Shown here piece after piece: positions 12,836-26,344 of a stretch of 64,000 bases of DNA; position 1 is the first letter of the stretch; every line of letters begins with the position of its first letter. The DNA comes from Camelus ferus (taxonomy: Eukaryota), in assembly GCF_009834535.1 (NCBI RefSeq), contig NC_045696.1, forward strand, positions 18,726,001-18,790,000, given 5' to 3'. The notes under the pieces are model-generated. The model saw nothing but the letters and a program-made list of their open reading frames with translations, did no database searches and was not told the DNA's origin. The translations under genes and the position numbers were made by a program.

Positions 12836-13838
12836 CTTTAACAGATTTATTGGGAATATAATTAATATATAGTACTAGTCACACATTGAACCCTCCAGTT
12901 AATGGTTTTTAGCATATTAACAGAGTTGTGCCACTATTACCATAATCAATTTTAGAATATTTGCATCACCTAAAAAAGAGACCATGTAATCATCAGCAGT
13001 TGTTTCCCACCCCACCCCATTCCTCCATCCTTAGTCATGAAAAATCTACCTTCTTTCTATTCATTTGCCTATTGTGAGCATTTCCTAAAAAACAGAGATA
13101 CAATAAGTGGTCTTCTGTGACTGGCTTATTTCACTCAGCATACCGTTTTCAACGTTCATTCATGTTGTAGCACTTTAACAGGACTTCCTTTTTGTTGTAG
13201 AATAATATTCCGTCGTAGACTTACACCGCATTTTGTCTATCCATTCATCATTTGATGGATATTTCAGATTTTTTTACTGTTTGGTTAATATAAATAATGG
13301 TATTAACATTTATGCACAAGTTTTTGGGTGCAAATATGGTTTTATTTCTTTGCAATATATACCTAATAGTGGAATTCCTAGGTCATAGAATAATTGTATG
13401 TTTCACAATACAAGTGTGAGTTTTCCAGTTTTTTCATATCTTTTTGAACACTTGTTATCTTCTGTCTTTTGGTGATAGCTGTTCTATGGGTAGAAAGTGA
13501 TAGCTCATTGTAGTTTTGATTTGCATTTCTCTAATAATTAGTGATACTGAGCATATTTTCATGTGCCTGTTGGCCATCTGGATGTCTTCTTTGGAAAAAT
13601 GTCTATTTAGGTCTTCTGCCCATTTTTTGATTGGTTGGGTTGTTGGATTTTTGATATTAAACTGTATGAACTGTTTGTATATTTTGGAAATTAGTCCCTC
13701 ATCGGCCATGTCTTTTGCAAATATCTTTTCCTGGTTTGTAGGCTGTATTTGCATTTTGTTGAAGGTATTCTTAGCTGTGTAAAAGCTTGTAAGTTTAATT
13801 AGGTCCCATTTGTTTATTTTTGCTTTTATTTCCATTGC
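12836..13838 (-). mobile_element. LINE-1 fragment: old L1MB-like 3' UTR joined to a well-preserved ORF2 C-terminal segment
   Basis: ORF 13455..13835(-) has [35 protein letters not shown] and [12 protein letters not shown], all L1 ORF2 motifs. 12836-13450 has L1MB-like UTR phrases. Confidence 0.93.
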
Positions 13839-14204
13839 AGAAGTAACAGAAATATAACTGTTAAACTTTCACCTAGAGAAATTCTGCTTAACACAATGCA
13901 CTTGTAGTTTTAGAAAATCAAAATACATTTTAAACTTCAATACCATGAAGAGAGTTTATCTTATAAAATGTGTAAATTAGATTTTAAATATAGTTGCTTA
14001 AATATATACCACTACAGATGATTTCAAGTTGATGGAAAATATCTAACTTAAATCAGCAAACTACATTGTATTGTCAAAATAGACTTTCAGTTATGGAAAA
14101 AATTATCTGACTTTGTTCTTCAATTTATATAAATATATCACAAACAAAACCTAAGTCATGAATTCTAATTTTGAAATAGATAAATCTTAAACATCTTTCT
14201 GTTA

Positions 14205-14980
14205 CATTCATTCTCTTGTTACTGGATTATTCTTATAAGCATGCAAACACATTCTTACCTCTTCAATATTATTTAAAAAAGAACAAAAAAAATCTTCTCT
14301 TGACCCACATCCCTCTCTGTTTCCCTGTGATCCAAATTTATCTCAGTAGTTGTCTATAATAGTGTAATTTTTATTCTGCTGGTCCTCATTATTCAACTCT
14401 AATCAGAATACGGCCTACATCAGTGAACCTGACCTTGGCCTAGCTAACAGTGCCTTCTGTATTAAATAAATGCTCATCAGTTTTGAGTTTTTTTCTTACT
14501 TAATTGAGTATAATCTGATACTATTGATCAACTTGCTTTCTGATTGTATTTGCTTCACTTGTCTTTCACAGGCAAAAATAATAATAATCCTGGTGTTATT
14601 TCAGCCTCATTGACTTCTCAACATCTACCTTCCTGATTACAGTCCTCTCCTAACTCTTCTGTATGAAATGTCAGGGGTTACTGAGTTTCTTCCTTAGTCT
14701 AACTAAATTCACCACCATAGTTTTTTTTTTTTTTCCACTCAGTCTCATGCCTTTAAATACTGTATAATTTCTGATGACTCTCAGATGTCTTCCTCCCAAC
14801 TAGAGATCCTTCTCAAAATACTGTTCTCTATATTCAGCTACTTCGCTGACCTCTCCGCTTGTATGTCTAAAAGACATCTCCCATATTCAAAATATATATT
14901 CAGTATCTAATCTTATTAATATCACTGTTATGACCTTTTCCAAGTCACCATCATGACTTCCCTGGAACATTGCTATAGCT
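14205..14980 (+). mobile_element. L2 fragment (degenerate)
   Basis: Pyrimidine-rich L2-like phrases (ctgatgactctcagatgtct, tgacctctccgcttgtatgtcta, ccaagtcaccatcat). Confidence 0.65.
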
Positions 14981-14994
14981 TCTGTTCAAAAACT

Positions 14995-15120
14995 TATATT
15001 TAACTTTTCTATGCTACCTAACAAACCATTTAAAAATTTGGTGGTGTGATACAATAATTCTGCTATGTTTATGGATTCTGTGGGTCAGGACATCAGGAAC
15101 ATCTCAGTTGGGCAGTTTTA
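14995..15120 (-). mobile_element. LTR fragment (MLT1/MER21-like)
   Basis: tttctatgctacctaacaaacca...atggattctgtgggtcaggacatcagg. Confidence 0.55.
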
Positions 15121-16045
15121 ATGCCTCTTTTCCTATCTTCATGATGCTTTTGCATGTCTCTTTGCATTGGCTATGTGTTCAAATATAACGTTGAATAGAA
15201 ATAATGAGTCTCTGTATCTTTGTGTTGTCTCTAATATTGGAGGAGTATCATTCAGTATTTGATCATTAAGTATGGTCTAAATTGTACGTTTTTGTTAGGG
15301 ACTTCCTTAACCTAAGTAAGGATGCTGATGTTTTTAGTTTGCTAAGATATTCTTACCATGAATGGATGTTGAAATATCATATTTTTAGTCTATTGATACA
15401 ATAAATCATACTAATTGATTTCTAAATGTCATATCGACTTAAATTCTTCAGTAAACTCCATTTAGTTATAGTGTGTTAGTCTTTATCGTTAGATATGATT
15501 TTACTACAGTCAAATGTCTACATTTATTAAAATATGCACCTGTACTTTCCTTTTTAAGTAATGTCTTTACCTAGTTTTGGTATCATGTCAATGCTTACTT
15601 AACAAAATGAATGGGAAGATTTATCACCTCTGCTGAAATAGGTTGTATAGAATTTGTCCTATTACCTAAATGTTTAGTAAAATCCACTAATGAAGCTGGA
15701 TAGATCTGAAAATTTCTTTGTAGAATGGTGTTTATGTATAAATGTAATTTGTTCAACACATACATCATTATTTAGGTTATGTATATATTCTTGAGTAAAC
15801 ATTGAAAAAAAGAACGGAGTTTCACCACTTTCTATAATTTGTGGAATACTCTGCCATAAAATTGTTCATCATGTTCTCCTGTTATCTTTTTAAAGTTTAT
15901 AGTATTTATAGTGATATCCTATTTTTCATTACAGATCTTCATTCAAGATATTCTGAGTTTGGCTAAAGATTTCTTCCAAAAAACTGGCTTTGGATCTACT
16001 GATTTTCTCTATTGTTACTTTCTGTTTCTATTTGAATAATGTCTT
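15121..16045 (-). mobile_element. Old LINE-1 (L1M) ORF2 remnant
   Basis: gttgaatagaaataatgag, ttcagtatttgatcattaagtatg, catgaatggatgttgaa and ctagttttggtatca are reverse-complement ORF2 phrases. Confidence 0.8.
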
Positions 16046-16049
16046 TCTG

Positions 16050-16295
16050 TTCTTTCAGTTTTATTGAGATATAATTGACATACAGCACTGTGTAAGTTCA
16101 AAGTGTGCAACAAATAACTTTAGTGAATATGCACCATCTCATATACATAGGAAATAAAAGAAAAAGACAAAATATTATTCTGATGAGAACTATTAGGATT
16201 TACTCTTTATAACGGCCTTTATAACATATAGCACTGTTAATCATGTGAATCATGCTCTACCATTGATAAGTACATCCCGGGTACTCAGTATTTCT
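16050..16295 (-). mobile_element. LINE-1 3' end (L1MA9-like) nested in older L1
   Basis: cagttttattgagatataattgacatacagcactgtgtaagttcaaagtgt...gatgagaactattaggatttactct. Confidence 0.8.
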
Positions 16296-18347
16296 ATGAC
16301 TGCTTGTATTCATGGTAACTCTGCTTTATGGCTTAATTCTATTTTGGCTTTTGTGCTCAAATATACTCCAAGGACTAAACTTTGAGTTTATAATATTGCA
16401 TTGAACCAATTCATCATTCTTTCCCCTTCTCTTTACAAAATTTGGGTACAAGATTTATTTCTTCAGATTGGGGTTTAGTTATTTTTTTTAAAAAAAGCAT
16501 TTGTAGCTGAACATTGATATATATATATATTTCAATCCTCTTCAATTTACTCCCCATTATTCTTTGATAATATCCTTTATTTTGTTTTCTTTGTTCTCTC
16601 TCTGAATATTATAATAGATACATACTGAATTTCTCAGTTCTCTAATTCTCTCTTTCTCTTTCTTTTACTCGGTGTTTTATTTCACGTTGAGGTATATCTT
16701 TCACTTGAAATTCCAACTGTAATTGTTTTATGATCATTGGTATTTTATTTTTCTCCTATTGGAATCCCTGTAGTATAACTTTAGTATTATCTTGGGAATT
16801 GATAAATACAGGTGGTCAACAGCCCTTTGTAACTAAAAGCCTTATGTAGAAAATAGAATATGCAATTCTGATGCATGAAGATGGATATCTAATGTATAGT
16901 AAAATGGAAAATGGCAACAGGCATTAACAGTCATAAAACAATAGACATATACTTTATTGCATTTGATTCTGGAAAGGTCATCTGAAAGACAAAAGAATAT
17001 AATGCATAAAATAATAACTTTTTAAAAATTATGGTTTTTGCATCTTACAGAATTGATCAGCAAATATAGACTATTTCAAATATTTGCTACTCAGGGGATA
17101 AATTAATGAAATTTCTATTATATTTATTTAATTCCTGAAAAACACCATTGCATTGACTTGTCTTGGCTTCTAGTAAATGGAAATATGTTGTATTAGTCAT
17201 ATTAGGTATACAGTAATACTTTAATGTGTAACACTTTATATTCATTTGATACATGATTTTGTAAATAGAGGATATACAAAGTAAAACTGAAAACTAATAA
17301 TAACATGTTGAATCACCTTAATAAGTAATTATTTTTGTGACCAATTTTGCTTATATTTATGTTGTGAACATTTCCCAACGTCAGTAACTTTGAACATATT
17401 ATTTTTAATAAATGTGTACAGTTTTGCCATATATAACCTTATACTTTTGCCAAGACTATTTTCACATTTAAAATTATTTTCACATTTCTAAATTCTTGCC
17501 ATGTCCAAATTTTCCTATTTTAAGTAACAATCAGGAATACAGAAACTATAATAAAACATACCTGTAATATTCACAAACATATTGGATAAAATTTGTTTCA
17601 TGTATATTTGCTAAAGGGTTTACAGAATAAAGGAAATGTTATCTTGCTTTAAATTTCTTGGTGTATACTCAAAGCACCAGGTTATGCATACTTCTGTGGC
17701 ACCACACCACCATCAGAATTGGATATAATTACATGTAATTGTAGTAGGAAAATAATGCCTTAATTTAATTCATTTCATTACACTTTATCTCTATGTTGAT
17801 ATAAAATATATTTTGAGAAAAACATATAAAAATACAATTTTGTCACTATTATATACTGAAAATAATTTCAGAGAAATAAATATATATATATATAATACCT
17901 AACCCATACTATTCAAAGAGAGTTCTCACCAGTTTTCTTACCTGAATAATCATGAATTTAGTCAGGAGTAGAGTAAAGCTTATGATATGCTTTGGTGTAC
18001 AAGGCTTTTTAAAATAACTGGGCATGAGGTTTCTTGGTTTGTTTGTAAACATTTATATTAAGGATGCAAAATCTTGTAGTTAAAATAGTTAAAGACTTCT
18101 GCCAAACGGATAATGGAAAACAATAGCTCTCACATGTCTCACCTATTTCACAATATCCAGAGGTAAAGTCTTTATAATCTTTAGCTAATCTCTTTTTGAG
18201 TTTGCCTGTATTTTGCAAAAATAATATATTTATATTTTTTGGTTTCTCTCTTTTGAAATATTTCTACTAAGGGAAGGAGTTTCTACTAAGGAAAAATACA
18301 ACCAGTTTCCTTGTATCTGTCCCCACATGCATACAATTCCTTATATA

Positions 18348-18718
18348 TTTATTTTTTAATTGAGGTATAGTCAATTACAGTGTGTCAATTTCTGGTGTAC
18401 AGCACAATGTCCCAGTTATGCATATACATATATAAATTCATTTTCATATTTTTTCATTAAAGGTTATTACAACATACTGAATATGGTTCCCTATGCTATA
18501 CAGAAGAAACTTATTTTAAAAATCTATTTTTATATATAGTGGTTAACATTTGTAAATCTCAAACTCCCAAATTTATCCCTTCCCATCCCCTTCCCTTGGT
18601 CACCATAAGATTGTTTACCATGTCTGTGAGTCTGTTTCTGTTTTGTAGATGTTCATAGTGTCCTTTTTTTTTTTTTAAATTCTACATATGAGTGATATCA
18701 TATGGTATTTTTCTTTCT
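18348..18718 (-). mobile_element. Lineage-specific LINE-1 3' end, 5'-truncated
   Basis: ttttttaattgaggtatagtcaattacagtgtgtcaatttctggtgtacagca...gagtgatatcatatggtatttttctttct. A possible degenerate TSD (atatattt) lies on both sides. Confidence 0.9.
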
Positions 18719-19804
18719 ATCATATATTTTAATATAATTGTGCCATAATTTTGTGCTACTTAGTGTGACATATATCAAGACCTGGTAATTATTACTTATA
18801 GTTGTAAATCTATCATATTACGATTTTATTCCCTTATGTGTATATACTTTGGGTTAATAATAGGCTCATTCACTTTTTGCTTAATTTTCTATGTATCTAT
18901 GATAAAATATACCTTAACTTTCCACCAGAAGTGTAACTCTCCTCTCAGGACTTTCAGCTAGTTTAGTAATTTTGTCTATTTCTTGGAGAAAGTCCTATTG
19001 AAGTCCTTCTTACTGTTTCTTTGTAGTGCCTACTGGTGTTTTGCATGGATGATCTAGTTAATATTTTAGAATGTTAATGTTTAACAATTGACTTTTTTTT
19101 TCTTTTACCCATATTTTCTCTTTTTTGTGTGTGTGTCTACTTGCTTTGGTATCTGTGTTTCATGGTAAAGGTTTTTTACAAATGTCTGGTAAGACTAGGC
19201 TCTCTTCACATTAAAGAGCAAGGCTGTATCTAAGCTAATTGGAAGTTCTATGCAGGTTGATGGAATTTGCTGATTTTATTGTGGCGTGATCTTTCCAGAC
19301 CCTTACATAAAAGGGTATCTCAAAAAGGGAGTATCTCTGCATGGTTTTTCTCTTAGATAAGTGTTGCTGGAGAGGAATTCTTCAGTGTCTTGGGTGAGAT
19401 TGCAAGCCTGGCTACCATGTTCTCACAGCTAACTGGGAGAACGTGTCTTGGGAGGAGTTGTCACCTCTATTCTGAACACAGACTTTATCATTATTTCCAT
19501 GTCTGAAGTAAAGCACCTTTAATCTCAGCTGTGTCTTAGGATCCCTTCTAAGTTTCTCTTTTTCAGCAGTTCCAAAGAGGAAATTTACAGTCTACTCTTA
19601 AAGGGACAAAGGGTAATTTACCAGTTGAAAAGATGGTGAAGAGTCACATGAGTCTATTTTCTGTTTTTACAGATTTTGTATGATTTCTCCTGTCAGCTTC
19701 ACAGGCACCCAAAAATTTCAGAAGTACTTGGCTCATCCAATTCCTTAGCCACTCTGAGAATTTCGGCCTTATTCACAGTTTTGCATAATGTCCGTTTTCT
19801 ATTT

Positions 19805-19808
19805 ATCT

Positions 19809-19839
<31 letters not shown>
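19805..19839. repeat. (CCAT)n microsatellite
   Basis: Directly visible. Confidence 0.95.
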
Positions 19840-19866
19840 ACCCCTCTGCTTTCCTGTTCCCAGACC

Positions 19867-19908
19867 TTGTTGTTGTTGTTGTTGTTGTTATTGTTGTTGT
19901 TGTTGTTT
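19867..19908. repeat. (GTT)n microsatellite with one interruption
   Basis: Directly visible. Explains the poly-Cys and poly-Val ORFs. Confidence 0.97.
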
Positions 19909-20859
19909 TTAACCTTCCTCATTTTCTTGATATTTGGGTCTATTTATTGTTTAAACCCACTCCTTTCATGTAAATTTGTTTTTAAAAGAGCAGCTGTAAA
20001 CTGGCATGCTCATTCCAGAATGTTTAACTAAGGCCCTTGTGCATACTCTAAGAGTTTTTTTTACTGATTTTTTAAAACAATATTAATTTGCGTTATTCTA
20101 AGATCTTAGCACACAATAAATGGAGATTTTTATGGAAGAAAATATACTTCTTACCATAAAAAGACAGTTATTAATTCATTTTGGGGTTTAACATTAATTA
20201 CATTTCCATATCTTCCCAAAATCAAGTGAATGATAAGGTAAGAAGGTCTCAAATCATCATTTGATTATCTTCTATCTAGCAAGCACTAAAGAAACGCTGT
20301 AGATGTACTGGTGTGCAAGACATATCATCCTTTATTTCCTAGGGCATATGCTCTTCTGTGTTAGTCAAATAAATTAAGTATGTTATACATTTTAAAAAGT
20401 GTAAAATGCAGCATGCTGTGAATCCATATACTCTGACTACTTGATCAATTTTGGAAGTCATTAGAAGCTTAACTACAAAGTAACATTTAACCATATACTG
20501 AAATTAAAAATTAGATTTAGCCAAAATAAAAATACGGAAAAACTATTTAAGACAGTAGGTAAAGGCTGTTGAATCCAAAAAAATACAGCATATTTTCTCA
20601 TAAGGAATACATGTAAGTCTAGACCATGGAATGCAGATGTGTGACAAGGGTGAAAATGCTGGGAAGGTACGTGGTATGGAATGATGCTCATGTAATAGAT
20701 TATTTTTAAAATTATACTTTTAAAATAATGGGAAGCCCTTCTCCTATAATAAGCACAAGGATAATAAAAATACATTTTTACTCAGTGAATATTGAAATTG
20801 TGTAGCTGGGAGAAGTGTGAATTCATTGGTAGAAGCCAGTAAAAAAAAAAAAAAAAAAA

Positions 20860-21060
20860 AGGCAGTTATAGTGGCCAGACAACAAAATTTGGTGATTTGG
20901 ACCAAAATAGTGTAATAAAGAAAGGTAGATAAGAACTCTATAGATTAATATGAAATGGAATCTACAAGGGCTTGTGTTTACTGGATATGGGGGTGAAGGT
21001 GAAAGTGTCATCAAGGGTGACTGAGTTTTCCAGTCTGCGCAGCGGTGAGGGCAAGGATGT
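20860..21060 (-). mobile_element. L2 fragment (degenerate)
   Basis: ctggatatgggggtgaaggtgaaagtgtcatcaagggtgactgagttttccagtctg. Confidence 0.65.
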
Positions 21061-24000
21061 TGTGAAGAAGGAGCAGCTAGGGAGGCAGTTAAGAGCAATG
21101 ACACCAGTTTTGCACAATCAAATGACCAACTATGAATTCATTTTCTACCTCCTATACTTCCCCTGTCTCCAGTGTTTTATATGAGTAAGTAAAACACAAC
21201 ATGTAATTAAGAAAATTTAGTAACATAGGAAAAAGAGGTTGATGCTTGAACAACATTGTCTGCATGCATCTTAGGCAAATGTGGAAGATGTTAATACTAT
21301 TTTGGCTTATTTGCACATTAATGAAAGGCCTAGCTAGTTATTTCCTAATGACCCATTTTTATTAATTGATCAGCCCTGATGAGATTATTAAAATGCTGTA
21401 GTTTTAGTCTGAATGCTAATATTCCTTTCAGACATTGGAACACTGTTTACACGATCATTTCTATTTGCTTAGAATTATTACAAATAATCAGCTCATTCCT
21501 GAGTATGAGGGAGCTTTGATTTTTGCCCCTAAGTAGGAAGATTTTCTTTGTTTAGGAAAAAACAACAACAATAAAGGAAACAATCTACTGAGATATCACT
21601 TCAAAATATGAACACCTAGAAACGCAGTATGAGATTTAGTTAATGTTCGTAACAACGAAGTAGGGAAATCATTAATCAAGCCACCATTGATGCAGATAGA
21701 TCCAAAATATAGACACCTATCACATCAGGTTTCCAAATATGATTCTCTCCTTAACCAGCCACTCCTTGCCTCGAAATCCAAGAGGGACATTTATGAACAG
21801 TTGATGAAGCATGTAAGCATCCCATTTTAATTCTGTCTTGTTATTTGACTCCCAAATTCAATATAAAACAAGTGGGCTATGGTGTTGCACGGAGAGGCTT
21901 CATGTCATGCAAGCAATATTAATCCCAGTAAGCAGGTTGCTTCATCTGCTTCAGGCCCACAAGTTTAAAATGTGAGTCAAATTCCATTGTTGTAAAGAAA
22001 ACAAATCCTAAATACATCAGACAGGCAGAGAAGGCTTAGGAAAATGCGAGTGTACAGCAGTTGCATTCAAAAGTCAACCTCAATGAGAAAGTCACCTCAG
22101 AAAGAGAGAACACCTAGTAAAGGCAGAGAGAAAGACCCAGATCCTGGCCCATTATTGGTGCTGAGTTTGTTGTTGTTGTTTTAAGGGGATGCATAAAATA
22201 GGGACCTTAACTATATGCCAAAACACATCCTGACTGACTGTCACATTGATAGCTGATTTGTGTATCTTTTTTTCTCTTCTGTAACTCTAATGAAATTAAA
22301 ATCTGAGCCTGTTTCTTCTAGGACTGTAGCTAATTTCTAGGATCTGAGATGGTGGAGGAAGAATTATGGGATGTCAGAGAATCATACACTTTTTTGGAGA
22401 CAGTTTCTTGTCTGAATCACTGTTTCTCTTTGATTTAGGTCTTTTAAGAATCAATTTTGATGTTGCTTCCAAAAGCCTCTGAAATTAATTAGAGGAAAGC
22501 TATGAATGAATTAATCCTAAGGCCTATTTGAGTCAAGACAGGAGCTCTTCTAAAGAGTTACACAGCGCACGTCAGATAAAACAAGAGCCAATTTCTTGTC
22601 CCTAGAAAGAAACAAAAGTCCTACAAAGTGTTTCTCCCTTTCTTAAATGCACCCTAAAAGTCTCCATTCTCAGTGTGAATATTCTTCTTTAGTAATAAAT
22701 CTGCTTCTTCATTTTCAAGGTTGTATCACTGCAGGAAATGTTGACTTAAAACCTTCATCCTACTTCTTTGCGCACATAGTAAAAGGGAATATAAAAAGCT
22801 GCTCTTTATAGGCAACATTTGAATATTTTTGTTATATTCCTTTTAACTTTCAAAATGAATTTTAAAGTCAAAGGTATAAAAACATTGAATTTCCTTGCTA
22901 GGAGGCCTTTTATTTTTCCTCAAAGATTCCTTTTAGTCTTACCTTAGTGTTCAGGATCTCCAGTGATAAATGTGGTCACTCATTTCCACAGTCTGTAAAG
23001 ATAATTTCCCCATTAATGGTATTTGGCTAAACTGGTCCAGCAGCTTGCTTCTCAGGAAGTCTCATTATCCAGCACCTGATTTGTTGGCAGGCAGATGTTA
23101 AATACTGTAGTTGGCTCATGTCTATGTAGTCCTGCAGAAAAATACCCAGTCTGGGAAGATGTGAGTAGTCTGATCACAGAATGCAGAGAATAGGGTAGGT
23201 AGGACTTGTGATCACCAAACTAAATCGATCTTTATATCCAGAAAGAGCTTGGTATTTTCATATTTCCACTTCACGCCTTCATCATTTGTATTGTGGCACC
23301 TTGAAAAGCTATGGGGGGTAAGAGTGTTGGTGGAAGTTCTGCCTGTGGATCTGAGGTAGCAGTTAAGCTCTTACAGTTGATCAGAAATATTAGCCATGGA
23401 GAGGTGCTGACCGCTTTCACCAGCACAACAGGCTCGGGTCTGTAGTGCATTTGTACCTGATGTTTCTCTTCACTCAGCTTGTGTCCATGTTCTCTGTCGT
23501 GTTTTTAAACTTTATCTTTCACTCCCATCTCTTCCAGCAGGAAAAACTACTTCTTCATCTTCATCACTGATTGCTAGTCCCTCCTGTGTCCCGAGCTTGT
23601 TCCCTTTGCTGTCTTGTTCTTACAGCCATTTTCTTTTATTAAAGGCAGAGAAAATTCAATACCTTATTTCCTCATAGCTCTACTCACACCTCGACTTGTT
23701 GGAGATAGGAGAATCATGATGGCATCATTTCCTACTATCCTGCTGTACGAAACAGGAGAGCAGACTGATAGGTACACACATAGACATAGGGGCAAAGATT
23801 ATACGGAGAAGTGAAGCACACAGACCAGTCAGTCATTTACATGTGTTGCAGGGTTTCATCATTTAACTGAGGGCTTGTCTTTCCAGCCATTTTTCTATCA
23901 GCTCCAACACGAGGGAAGAGAGGTGGCCAAGGCAAGGTGGCCCTGGGGGTGGACCTGATAGGTCAGGCTCTGATCAGGACACACAGTGGAGCTGTGTGGG

Positions 24001-24300
24001 AGTTTGGGATTCTGTACACCGTAAGGCAAAAGAACTCTGCTGCCCTGCAAAGCTAGACAGGACCTTGAGCCATTTCACGTGCTTTCAAATGATCTGCCCA
24101 GGCTGCCTAGGTAAAGAGTTGAAAAGAAGGGAAAAGGAGTCAAGTTTTAATACTTCAATCCACAAGTAACTCGGTACTTGAAGATGGGATATCAGATTTG
24201 GAGAAGTAGGATGTTTGTTGAGTAATTCAGTAATTATCTAATCTGAGGTCTATCTGTAAATATTTGGAAACTAAGCTCTCCATGGAGCTCCCCTCCTCCT

Positions 24301-24368
24301 TTTTTGTTTTTGTGTTTGTGTTTTTGTTTTTGTTTTTGTTTTTATTTTTGTTTTTGTTTTTGTTTTTT
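24301..24368. repeat. (GTTTTT)n simple repeat inside an L2 remnant
   Basis: Directly visible. Explains the FLFLFL ORF. Confidence 0.95.
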
Positions 24369-25454
24369 GCGATCTACTTTCTTTCCAAATGGCTTACATT
24401 ATATTCTATGGACTTTCAAACTTATATCTCAAACTCCATGACTTGTGTATGTCCTGTCTGCTACTTGATATATTTAAACGAGAAATTTTAAGCTTACCCA
24501 GATTTTTTTTGGCAAATGATCATTTTGGTTAATTGTACCCACATTCAGCCAATTGCTATAGCTAGAAATAAAGTAATTTTTGAGATATTATTTCCTTTCT
24601 CTCACCAGCCCATAGTACCTTTAATTTATATTCTAACTAGAAAATATGTCCTGTTTATATGTATTTATCTCTCTATCCTTTTCCACAACTAAGTCAAATA
24701 CAGGCTTCCTTATGGATTGCTATAGTAGCCACATAACATGGGTCTCTTCTTTCTTTTTCTTTATAGTTAGTGGTCCACCCAGTGAATAAAGAAATCTTAA
24801 AAATACACGTAAGATAAGTGTGACATAGAAGCCAAAAGAAGAATCGGTATAGGGGAACTTAAAAATTGCATCAAATGAGGCTGACAAACTGATAAAGATG
24901 TTCACAGCCTAGCAACTTTGAAATTCAGCACTGTAAGGGTCCTTAGTGATCCCGGTAAAGCAGTTTGAGCGAAATGGTTTGGAATGAAGTGAGATAAGAA
25001 GAGAAAAGATAAACTTGAAATTTGAGTGAAAGAAATACGGAAATGGGTGAATAGCTGGAGAGGAATGTGAAGGAAGAGACATGTTTTGCATGAGTGCATG
25101 TGTGCACACATATGTGGTTGTAAGAGACATCCATGTATGTCTGTAAAATGATCAGACAAAAATCCAGTAAAGGGAGAAACTTGAGATGCAGAAAAGAAAT
25201 GGGATGAGGAAACTGAGATCTGAGTTTGTGATAGACAAAGCTTCAAAATCTAGAGGATGGAATCATGGAGAGGAGAAAACTTTGATGAAATTTACCTAAA
25301 ATTATGATGGCTCTCCTTTCTTCAAATATTTGCTTATGTATGAGTGACTCATATGCTTGATGAGACACCAAGAATTACAGCAGAAGGAGCAGGGGGGCTA
25401 AAGGCTTAGCAAAAATAGCTACGCGCAAAACATTGATGGGTTTCACAGATACAA

Positions 25455-25720
25455 CATGGAATGAAAAAAGTAAGAAATTCCAAATCAGGCATAACTAATC
25501 ACTGGTGATAGAAGTAAAAATAGTCATGACCTGCGCCAGGGGACTTGACAGTGCCACAGAGGGATCATGAGATTGGATGCCAAATTGCTTAAAATGTTCC
25601 TTTTTTTTTTTTTTTTTTGATGGTGGGGTGGAGCATCATGTGGGTATGTATCAAACATCAAACCATACACTTCAGATTTGTATACTTTCTGCATATTTGC
25701 CATGTAACAATTGAAAAAAT
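25455..25720 (+). mobile_element. L1ME-like 3' end
   Basis: aggcataactaatcactggtgatagaagt...catcaaaccatacacttcagatttgtatacttt, followed by an A-rich end. Confidence 0.7.
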
Positions 25721-26198
25721 AGACAAAAACACTTGCAGATAATATAATTCCCTTGGATTAGTCAGGCTCTGATCATTATTTAAAAGAAGTGTAGCTAGAT
25801 AAACTGGGTTTATTCCTCCTTTCTTTATGTGCAGCAAGTCACTAAACCCTGGGCCCCAGGGGAGCAAGAAGTTTGTCTGCTTGACATATTCCAGTTATTT
25901 AGCTGTAAGATTTAACAGGTGTTTTCAAATGATGAGTGTTTTCATGACTCAGTATTTTGGGCAAATAACTCTGCCTGTTAATCTCCCATTTCAGTCTATA
26001 TAGTGTGACTATGAATAACCTTGAAGATGTTTTAAAAAGAAGTTTTCTCAGGAGTTCAAATTTATCCATTTATTATGTCTATGAATTTAGGGACACTCAC
26101 AAGAAACAGAAATCTCTCCAGTTACCTTAATTCCAGTTACATAACTGGCATATTAACTGGTAATCTGTCCTGTGATATCAAAATTAGTGTCTTTTGTA

Positions 26199-26344
26199 GG
26201 GGAGGGCATAGCTCAAGTGGTAGAGAACATGCTTAGCATGCACAAGGTCATGGGTTCAATCCCCAGGACCTCCTCTAAAAATAAATAAACCTAATTACCC
26301 CCCTGACAAAAAGATAAGTAATACAATAATAAATAAAATATTTA
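26199..26344 (+). mobile_element. tRNA-Ala(AGC)-derived camelid SINE (Vic-1 type)
   Basis: ggggagggcatagctcaagtggtagag (A box), ttAGCat anticodon loop, gggttcaatccc (B box) and an A-rich tail. TSD aaaattagtgtctttt (26180-26195) / aaaactagtatctttt (26345-26360). Confidence 0.93.

Larger units (their letters stand above)
18860..19960 (-). mobile_element. Ancient HAL1/L1ME-like remnant
   Basis: caaatgtctggtaagactaggctctcttcacattaaagagcaaggc...aagctaattggaagttct resembles the recalled HAL1/L1M consensus. Highly diverged. Confidence 0.5.

Noticed and set aside
13455..13835. 126-aa ORF as a host gene
   Set aside because: It is a fragment of L1 ORF2 with no promoter, splice context or remaining domains.
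19676..19973. Poly-Cys and poly-Val ORFs
   Set aside because: They are translations of the (GTT)n and (CCAT)n microsatellites.
26118..26162. Nested ccagtta/taactgg direct and inverted motifs
   Set aside because: Only 7-8 bp units. This could be a tiny local duplication or MITE scar, with no supportable function.
26199..26272. tRNA-Ala gene
   Set aside because: Imperfect stems, a SINE body and tail, and a TSD show that it is a retroposed SINE.
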